From the NCBI GenBank assembly GCA_040437565.1, contig JBDOQK010000067.1, positions 1 to 64,000 of the forward strand: a DNA stretch of 64,000 bases, written 5' to 3'. This document shows, piece after piece, positions 50,864 through 61,026 of this stretch (its first letter is position 1; every line of letters begins with the position of its first letter). The notes beneath the pieces are model-generated. The model was given only the letters and a program-made list of their open reading frames with translations. It was not told the DNA's origin and did no database searches. Position numbers and translations under genes: made by a program. Origin of the DNA: Albugo candida. Taxonomy: Eukaryota.

Positions 50864-51929
50864 TTTGTGTATGTTGTCGTGAAGTGCACTGTTATTCGCA
50901 AAGTAAATTGTAAAAATGAAAGAACGATAGCAAGAAATAAGGAATAGAAGGTACGCGGTGGTGTTTTTTTCAATGTTTTCAATTACAACGCGCCACAAAG
51001 TGGCAGCACGTTGATGAGGGTAGACTAGAAAGCACACAGGTATTTGGTTTAATACAATTCCAATCATTATATACATGTCGCTAAGGAAAAAGCATGTTCA
51101 TAACTTCACTATTGTCGGAAAGTAGTGCTGAGTTCTGTATCGATTATACATAAATCTTATCTACCCTTTGTAATCAGATTGGACCCCCTCAGTCCTTTAC
51201 TTTACCGTCTTCTTTGCTGTCGCACTATAAGCCTATATATTTTTACATTGTGAAGCTTATACATTCGCTTCCGATTGACAACGTGAAAATCTCAGTACGA
51301 ATTCTATAGCGTACTTCTGATGGTGCAACTGCTAACTGTAAAGTTACTGGTGGAAACGTCATGGGAATCTCTGATCGTGGACAGACGTATTGCTCACTGT
51401 AACACACTGAAGCTGATGCTTCTTCACTTGTCCAACCGAGCAAGGAGGATGTTGCACCGCAGCTTCGATGATTCCTGCTGATTGTATACGTGGCACTCTT
51501 GAGGCGCTGCAACGCCCATAGGCGACGTATGTGGCATCCATGCTCAATGCTGGCTACATGCTTCAGACAGAGGGTAAGAACTATCAAAACCTGAGTTTAT
51601 TGAGACTACGTGGACGCCAAGTTTACGACGCACAAAAGCTTAGATTCTTAGTGAGCGATCTGGTCGCAAGTATTTTGAGAGGACGCTTGATCAGAGGAAG
51701 CGATGTAGAACTATGCTGCATTTTAAGTACATTTCAATCAGAGACGCTTCGAGATGATCGCAGCTTTCGTTTTGTCGAGAGTATAAAGGTCAAAAAGCCA
51801 TGAATAAACGACACAGCAAAAGTAATAGTGTTTTGAAAAAAAACGCGTGTGAATTAGATCGAGTACAAGTGAGATGTATATTGTGCAGCAGCTCTATCAA
51901 AACCGAATAAGGCTACTACTTTTCTCATA

Positions 51930-52145
51930 CTAATGGTGACGTTTTCTCCTTTTAAGTATTAACCACTTCAGCTTTCTTGATGGATCCTGTACCGATCTTA
52001 GACTTCGTAACATTGGGTTGGAAGATATGCTATCACCTGACGTCACTGCAGCATCGAGCGAGGTTATTGAGTAGCCGCTTAGCATCGTCAGTAGGAAAGC
52101 CACCATAGCCATGAATTTGGGTCGAAAACGCAATTTTAATCCCAT
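51930..52145 (-). CDS. Small secreted RxLR-like protein, 71 aa (RSLR; basic tail)
   Basis: MGLKLRFRPKFMAMVAFLLTMLSGYSITSLDAAVTSGDSISSNPMLRSLRSVQDPSRKLKWLILKRRKRHH. Confidence 0.72.
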   Translation of the reverse strand: MGLKLRFRPKFMAMVAFLLTMLSGYSITSLDAAVTSGDSISSNPMLRSLRSVQDPSRKLKWLILKRRKRHH

Positions 52146-52919
52146 TTTGTGAATGTTGTTGTGAAGTGCGCTATTATTCTCAAAGTATAAAGTGAATAGA
52201 AGAAATGATAGCAAGAAATAAAGAACAGAAGGTACGTGGTGGCGTTAAAATTTTCAATTCTAATGCGCCACAAAGTGGCAGCACATGGTGGGCGTACACT
52301 CGAAAACACACGGGTATCTGGTCCCATGCAATTTCCAGTCATAATACATGTCGCAGAGGAAGAGGTTTGTTCATAGCGCTACTATATATTTGTCGGAAAC
52401 TAATGCTGAGTTCAGTATCGATTATACGTATATCTTATCTACCCTTCGTGGTCAGAATAATCAGAATGGACCCGTCCCCCTCAGTCCTATACTACACCGC
52501 CTTCTTGCTGCCACACTATAAATCCTATACATTTTCGCGTTGTGAAGCTTATACATTCGCTTCCCGTTGACAACATGTGGACTTTGCTACTGACGCTATT
52601 GCGTAATTCTGATGATGAAATTTCATATATCCTAATGCACCCGCCAATGTGTGATACAACATGATGAGCATTCTCGATCTTCGCCACGCGTTCATTTGCA
52701 AGACCGTCTGATTATACCATAACATTGAGACTAACGTGTCGCAATCGAAGAAGAAAACTTTCTCGGTCACCCCAATGCCTCTGAATGCGCCTGAGCAATT
52801 GACAATCGATTGGAAGTCGTAACTTGATATTACTATCACTTTGCAATGAAAGCAGCAGCAACCGCAAACAACATATGTCACCTGTATTAATATTCTGTCC
52901 TACTTATAGACGCCAACTC

Positions 52920-53947
52920 TCACTCGTGTCCTCCATTTTTAAACATACCTGGGTATAGTCTATTATAATACTCATCCTTTTTAGCCTTTGTTAGTGCAGC
53001 CACGTCCGGATCATCATTGGGACGAATTACATTCAAGTCTATCGGCTTGGCAGGATGTTGCTGTTTATCTCTCGGTGGTGTTTTCTTGAATAGACTTTTC
53101 ATCCAGGAGAAAGCTTTTGACGCTGCTGATTTCGTTGGTGTTGGACGTGCTACTGGTATCTTTTTCTTCTTTACAGGTGGAGCAGGCGTTTTGGCTTCAT
53201 TTGATCGCCTACAGTTCCCTGACGAGTGCCGTATGTGTACATCAGCCCATCGACAGGGCCAGCGAAGTCAGCTGGACGTCCATCTGAGTGAACATGGAAA
53301 AACTTATATCCTCCTGGAACTGTCTCCGGGTCGTCTGTCGAACTCCCAGCTTTACCTTTGCCGCGCGCCCTTGATCCGCTGGTTTCCTCAACTGAGACCG
53401 ATTGACGTGTCGAGTGCGCTTTTGAATTTGACTCATCTCTTAACACTCCCGGTCTATTGCCGTTCGAGGAGTGTGAACCCTTCGTATCAACTTCAGTGAT
53501 TTCAAAATTAGGTATTTTTGTGGGGTGACGTAGCGGTTTCCGTGAAGCCGTAGTTACCGGATCGTCCCTCAAAATCCCGACTTTAGGCTTGCCACGTGTA
53601 TTTGATCCGCTGGCCACCTCCACGGAGACCCCTTGACCCGTTGACGACAATTGCGCATTTGCATGAGGCCGTACTTTTCCCCGTTCAACTCTTGACTTAA
53701 TTTGATTTCCGCCAGCGTTTCTTTTGAACGAAACTTCAGCAATTCGCTCATTGTTTGTTTGACTGCTTCCTTCGTCATCCGTAGACGTTCTAAGTAGAGC
53801 ATTTTGATGCCTGTTACTCTGTGATATTGCTGTCATATCTGTATCTTGCTGAATCAAACGCTTAGTCGTGCGGGGTACCATTGCGTCAAGTGAGAGCGTC
53901 AAGGAGCCACAGATGAAAGCCTTCAATAATATGCGATTTGTCTGCAT
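52920..53947 (-). CDS. Candidate RxLR-dEER-like secreted effector; main ORF 53171-53947 with an out-of-frame continuation to 52920
   Basis: Signal MQTNRILLKAFICGSLTLSLDA; ALLRTSTDDEGSSQTNNER; internal repeat; second frame ..TPAPPVKKKKIP..AFSWMKSLFKK..GGHE*. Confidence 0.7.
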
Positions 53948-55048
53948 AGAGTTAGCACGCAGCAAGAAAACCAACAATGTCTGATAAACGAAGACACTAG
54001 AGGCCACGTGTAAATACCAAACATCACCATTTGATGATTCAAAGCAGTATGAGATACACGTCACGATATACTGAAAGGGAGGGAAGATCCTTCGATACGT
54101 GGCAGTGCATTTTGTTTCTAATAATGTATCAGTGCAATTCGCTATCCATAAAGCAGCCTGCTACATGTGTAAGAAGCGTAGTGGCTTCCGCTCTTGACAT
54201 TATTGAAATTCAGCATCGGCTGCCTTGTCCCCTCTTTCTAATCCGTAAGTTTTCCCACTACGATCGAAGTCTGCGTGTGGTGGTGGCTTGGCCCTTTACG
54301 CTTTTCCTATTCACTCTCCCCGTTAATATATAATGCAGCGAAGCGATACATCGCAAGGCGTGCCCTGATGAATGTTGCTCCTTCCATGATACGAAAGTCG
54401 ATAATCAAAGCAGGCTTTATTTACATAAAGTACCCGTCTTTCTCACTTACGCCAGTGATTTGCCACCGCGACTATATTAGCTGTCGATTTTTGGCGCTCT
54501 ATCTGCATCAATGCATATCACATGCGTATCCCACCCCCATTGTTGGAATTCTCTTCTCAAGTCGCTGAAGTGCCAATCCGACATCCCAAGAAGTACAATC
54601 ACAATGTATGTGCACGTAGCGATCGAAGTTCTGTGAAAGTCAACTTTCTACTATGCACGAGATACACCTCATTTTGTTTTCTTAGTGTGTGTTTTTGCAC
54701 AGTACATATAGCGCATAGCCGACGCAAACTTCTCTAATTGGCGGCAATACCAACACTTCTATCGACGCTATTGAGATGCTGATTATTGCTCTCAAGACAT
54801 ACATGCTCAGCTATTCATGTACTATGAGTGAGTTGAGCATCGAAGATTCGAATCTCCATCCAGATAGATCTAATTTTCAAAATCTCTGCAATTTATCGTT
54901 TGCGGACTGTTCATTGTGACGAAACCCATAGAATGCACCAACTAAATTTAGAAATTCCCGTATCTTGTCCGTTTTTGCTTTGCGATTGCACCTGCGATAG
55001 CTAGATTTCTCATGTCATATCAGCACACTGATATCTAAGAAAATCGGA

Positions 55049-58021
55049 ATGCAGTATCATAATGGTACACGCGAACATCAAGTAACTACACGAAGATTGA
55101 TCAGGCGAGCAAAGTCTTACAACGATTTACCACGACAGCATATAAGACAAGGGTCAAATCAGCATGATAACGATCACTTAATAGAATCTCCATACAAAAC
55201 AGTGCAATGTGCGAGAGGCATAGAAGATACGTTCAAGCGGTCGCCAAGGACAAAGGATATAGCATGCACCTCGTCCACTTTGTACGAAAGAAGTCTGCTG
55301 GGTCAACACAGCATCCATACTCATTCGATGGACGATATGAGTCGACGGAAACATGTCTACATAAATAATACGAGTACGAATCTTGCACCATCCGAATACA
55401 TTGACGTAGAGGTTGGTAAAGATCCACTGGGAATCGAACTAGCGGCCAACAGCGGGAAGACTGGTGTGGTTGTGAAAAGCGTGGCGTATGGTCCTTCGAG
55501 TAAGGTACCTGATGTTAAGAATTCACGAAGATTTACAATTCCGAGTGGTTCCACGATCAACAGAATCAATGACGTGGATGTCTCCGAGTGGAACGCGGAA
55601 AGAATCATCGAGACACTGCAAGTGTTGCCCCACCCTTTTGCGATACGCTTTAGAAAAAACAGCGTCGCATATGTATTATGCAAATTATGTGAAACAAAAA
55701 TCAGTGCTGAACATTTGAATGCACACACTACTTTCTGCATCAAATCAAAGCAGCATGAGCTTTGCATTGAACATATCAATGAGGATCTGGAAAGATTTGC
55801 AAACCAAGTGCTCCAGCTCATGAATGCACCGCAAGCGATTTCTAAACACTGCTGTAGGTATCGACAGTATGCTTACAGCTTACTACTTGATTCTACTTAC
55901 AAGGTTTACAACGTTCTTAATTCTTCCTGCTACCTATTGTTTATCACATTGCAGTACTATTGTCATAGGTAGCACGATGTAATGTCAATGACGTCGATTC
56001 TGTCCATTTATGCGCTCAGTTGGTCAAATCGCTTCGTCGTCTTCGTGAAACAGTACCTCGGCTCTACGATAGCACGTGCAAATGGTCTTTTATCCATTTG
56101 ATTCAATATTGCACGCGTCTACAAAAGTTGATCAAAGAAAAGATAATGGAAATGCGGGGAGCACAAAAGCTGATGCTTCAGGGGACCAAGTATGAACATC
56201 CACTGATACCATTTGGCACGAGAAGATCTTTGGTAGAATTGAAAAGTCCATTTTCGAGCGTGTACCCTTCGTCATCGTGCATAGTCTCAATTCAAGATTT
56301 TGACATTTTGAAACCAATTTCGAGAGGAGCTTTTGGTTGCGTATATCTTGCACGAAAAAAATCAACTGGCGATCAATTTGCCATAAAAGTATTAGGAAAG
56401 GAGCACGTAGTGCGCAAGAAGCAGGTGAATCTACACATATAGTATACCGGTGGTGGGGATTAACATCGTCCGACTCGTACAGGTTCGCAACATCGAAACA
56501 GAAAGAGATATCTTGATGAATGTTGAGAGCCCTTTTGTGGTCAAATTATTCTGGACTTTTCAGACACGGTGTGTGGCACGGAGCAAATTGCGTTTGCTCC
56601 ATCTAATTTTTTTTGCAGGAAAAATCTTTTTCTGGTGATGGAGTATTTGCCAGGTGGAGATCTCATGTCGCTTCTCGAGTCCGTTGTGCAATTGCAAGAA
56701 GACGTGAGTTGAAACGCATTTGTAAACGTGTGTTTGACCGCTACTTTTTTAGGTTGCTCGAACATATATAGCGGAAATTGCAGTAGCTTTGAACCATCTT
56801 CACTCACAAAATTGCGTGCACAGGTTCATGCCTCTGCTCTCTACGATTGATTCACGATAGTGTTACTCATGCTCAATCGGATAGAGATTTGAAACCCGAT
56901 AATATTTTGCTTTCTTCTACGGGACATATCAAAGTAAGGACAAGTTTATGAATGGATGTCAGAGTTTATCACTGACGGGTTACAAATAGTTGACTGACTT
57001 TGGACTATCCGAAGAAGGTATCTGTATCAGTCAAGACAGAAGTGACCATGAAGATCTCCGTGAGTGCTCTTCCAACGACGTTCGAAGAGAACTCTCTAAA
57101 CTGACAATGGAGGCGAGGCAGAATTCTCGTCCCTCATCAAATCAAGAATACGATCAAAAACTTCGTTACAAGTCAGATGGCGAAACAGTACATTCTTACG
57201 GCCGGTGTGGTACGCCTGATTATCTTAGTCCAGAGATCATTTTGCAGCAGCCCCATGATTCAGCCGTTGATTATTGGGCCCTTGGTGTGATATTATACGA
57301 GATGCTTGTGGGCTTCCCTCCATTCAATGACAACACAGTAGAAGCGATCTTTGATAATATACTCAGACGAGATATAGCATGGCCAGATGGTGAAAAACGT
57401 TTATCCGCTGAAGCCATAGATTTGATATCGGCGTTACTCAAAGTTGAGCCTACAGAGCGAATGACTTGGAAAGAATTAAAGTCTCATGTATTTCTTGAAG
57501 GAGTCGACTGGGAAAAGTTGCTGAATTTCACGCCTCCATTCGTACCAACGTTAGAGGGACCGAATGATACCAGTTACTTCAACAATCGAAATCTCACGGA
57601 TGTGTTCATCGATGATGATAACGAAGTCCCTAGTGGCTTAATTGCTCGTACAAAAGCACTTGCGATAAAAGTCGAGAAATCTCACATCAGCGACGCCATG
57701 CCTGTGGATGAAAGGAAGGATGATTCTCTTAAAGAAAATGTTCTCTGTAAAAAGTCAGCAATTTCAAGCGTATCGAGTCCGATTGTATCTCATAAAGTTT
57801 TCACAAGCAGCGATAATTCTATCCAGAAAGCTGAGCACCACCAAAAATTCCCTAGCGGTATGTATGGAAGAAATGACACCACAAGCGAGAACCAGAAGTT
57901 TGAATATTTTAGTGTTACAAACATCAACGCTCTCGCATCTGCATCCCTTCAGGAGGCTGAATACTTGAAATACGCGCCATACAAAATGAAATCAGAACCA
58001 CAGCATACAATTATATTATAA
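55049..58021 (+). CDS. AGC Ser/Thr kinase of IRE/Rim15/Greatwall(MAST) type with N-terminal PDZ-like and zinc-finger-like regions; multi-exon
   Basis: [59 protein letters not shown] + insert + [26 protein letters not shown]; several short introns between about 55860 and 56989. Confidence 0.92.
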
Positions 58022-58793
58022 TAAGAGATTTTGGGACGCCTTGTATTGATGGATGTCACTCTGGTAAGTATTTTAAAGATTGTTCTCACAATAACATATC
58101 ATGAAGCATGCGTGATGAACCTACCGGAATTGCATTCATACATGGCAGGTACATCATTCTGAAGATTCTCTTGGATCAGTACTCCGTCAGTAGCTTCGCA
58201 GCGCCCCATTGTGTCGCACTCCACTTGACACGCAGATGATTTAAAAGTCTCGTAGATCAAGTGCCGATTGAGAAGAGTTCGAACTTGACAAAAAGCCGGG
58301 GCTATCCACCAGATTGTCGTACAATCACTCTTCCATTTGGTACTTCAATGCTGACATCAATTCATAATGAAAATCCGGGCAGAATATCTATCAAAGACCA
58401 AGTAGTATCAATTACTCCTATTGCAATCGATAAGATATCTCTATAGGATTACCGAATTGCACTCGCATTTGGTGCAAATCTATCCTTCCGTGGTGCAATT
58501 CCCTTTGAAGACGGCGGGTCTTAGGAGCTCGACACTATAAGGGATAAGGCATCAGAGCTCGACAATACTTTGATGCAGTTAGCATTCACGTAGAAAATTC
58601 AAAGAAAGCAGAAATGTACATTGTTCCTGGCATTGATCAATTCTTGCTACATCTCAGCTTGTTATCGCGTTGGTTCACGTTACAACAGGTCAAGCATACG
58701 TCCAAGTTCAGAGTCATAAACCATTGCATAAAGCCAAATCTCTCGTAGCGCCGAAAATTCACATCTGATTGGCAATATACTCAGAATCGACGT

Positions 58794-60969
58794 TTAAAGA
58801 CTAGGAACATGTTCATAAATCCTTTTGTATAGACGGGTCTGCTCTCGCTGAGCAGCTCTGTAACGGGTATGTGTTTGAGCATTTGGTTGGTGTTGTATCG
58901 AATCTTCCGACAGACAAGCGATATCGTCAAAGGAATGATACGCTAGCGCAACGCCAATGTTGATAGCTACTCCTTGAGAGGTTGCCTCCCCTGGTCCTGT
59001 TTCAACGATAACTTTCTTTCCAAAGACATCAGCTGCACAAAAATGTCAGAGATCTGCATCCCCATAATGTATCGTGCAACGAACCAGTGATTTGTCGCCA
59101 CAATCGCGATGCATTCAATGCTGCTCCGCTTGTAACAATTATTGCATCCGGGCGTGTAAAAGGTTCTGTCGTGATGGAATCAGAGAAGGAGTATCAACGT
59201 CTTGCAATGAACGTACCCAGTTCTGTAAAACAGGCGTTCAATCGTAAAATGATCGCTTCCAAGGCCGCACGAAGGACATCGGAGGGCTTTGTCCATTTTG
59301 TAATCCCATTTATCGTGCATGTCGCTTCTTCTTTCCATCCAGGTGATCGTTCACCTATATTTTCGGATTATTGGAACAGTATGTGGTGCGGTAGAATCGC
59401 TCTTTACCCCGTAAGAATGGTAAGACTGTCAGTCCGTGAGAGCATGCTTCCATTTGATCGACGAGTTCGAAATCTATCGTAAAGCTATGAGCACAGTTGA
59501 ACGAACGTGAGTATGATTTACCATCTTCACTCAGCACAAAGTTGTCACATATCCATTGATACAATGATCCGCCGTCATTCAGCGCAGCACCAAGCAATAC
59601 TTGACTATCGCTGATCAAATAGCACCACATCCCCTGTGGGACTCGTTTGTCATCCATGACGAAAGCAGGCAGTAATATCCGTAGCGCTGCGCTTGTCCCG
59701 ATCGTGACACAAATGCGGCTAGAACGTCGTTGTCAATGGTTTGGTGCTTATTCATTTATCACTAACGGCGTACGAGTGATCGACACATTTTGATCCCATA
59801 TTTGCGGCAGCACCATCACCGATACCGAGGAACAATGGAACAAATTGTAGCTCTGGCCAGCGTTTGGCGTATTCACACGATAGACCTGTGTATGATTTTG
59901 AGCTATCAGCAAGTGGTGGCAGCTTTCTATCACTAAGACGTAGTAGATGCAGCAAAGACATATCCCAAGTTCGCGATCTGAAGTTTAATAGTCCTGACCA
60001 AGATGCTTCACTGTAGCTGATAGCGATGTCTGATCGTCCAGTCCAACGGCTGATCAAATAAGTGGAAATACTTTGCCATTTCTCCACCGATTGGAACAAC
60101 GTAGGATTTGTATGTAACAATCTATAGAGCTCGCAAGGCGCATATGCAGGGTGCGCAACAACCGTTCCTGAGAGATGTGTGAGATCATTTGACGATTGCG
60201 TAAAAATTGTCAATACTACCAACCAGTTCGATCCTGATATTCTGACAGTTGAGTATGTAGCAGTTGCCGTAATTTCTTGGCCCAAGATGCTAAGGTAGGA
60301 TTTCTGCCAGCATACTTGTGTAGCAACAATAAGCGTTGTCACAACGAAGCATAGCCTTTGAAATGTGACAAACCGTATAAATGGGGGTAGTAGCCCTTCC
60401 CTATTTCATAGTTGATGAGTTATGATCGATACTGAATGGCTCAAGTACCTCCCTATCGACTCCAAGCAGATTCATTACAAATGTACTAAAGCCCAGTCCA
60501 ACAATGTTGCCAACGAGCTCGTTTGCTCGTAAGAATAGAACGATGCGGTCCAATAATTCTTCTACGGTGAGCATTATCACTTCAATATCTGCCTCACCCT
60601 TATGATCGATACAATCTAAAGCCTGTTGCTGCATAGAATGCTCCACCAGCCTCCATTCTGCTTTCTGCATCACTTCTAGTAGTAGAACTAACATAAGTTT
60701 ACCATGATAGTGTGCTCATTTCTTCAGCGTTTACTTTCTTGTTCGCGTTGAACTTGTAGAAAAAAGCAACTTGCTCGAATAGAGGACGTGCCGATATCAA
60801 TCGCTATGACCAGCGGTTTTCCTTTATAAAACTTCAACTTCAAAGATCTCTGCAACTTTGACGCATGCTTAGATGTGCTGCGCCGAAGCGAAAGTAAGAC
60901 AGCGACTGACAACGCAGCAAATGCTCCACATAGAAGAGGCCGCATGAGCCACTCCGATCGATACGCCAT
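58794..60969 (-). CDS. FGGY-family carbohydrate kinase (gluconokinase-like), multi-exon, with hydrophobic N-terminus
   Basis: IAIDIGTSSIRA, ISYSEASWSGLLN, LGIGDGAAANMGS, LGAALNDGGSLYQW, HGLTVLPFLRG, EATSQG; substrate inferred. Confidence 0.85.
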
Positions 60970-61026
60970 ATTTTCTATTATCAGCCAATTATCGCAGCGA
61001 GGCAAAGATATCTGCCTATCAAATCG

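Larger units (their letters stand above)
49400..52575. repeat. Tandem triplication, unit about 1.2-1.3 kb, one small secreted gene per unit
   Basis: Anchors gtacaagtgaga (about 49413, 50576, 51863) and ttcgcttcc..ttgacaac (about 50036, 51264, 52556). Confidence 0.9.

Noticed and set aside
49713-52214. Longer N-terminal extensions of the small-gene ORFs in the track (starts 49815, 51076, 52214)
   Set aside because: Start positions are inconsistent among paralogs; the shared cacaaaATGG start precedes the signal peptide.
58030-58790. Possible small spliced gene between the kinase and the FGGY gene
   Set aside because: Splice-like signals are present but I could not assemble a coherent frame or recognise a domain.
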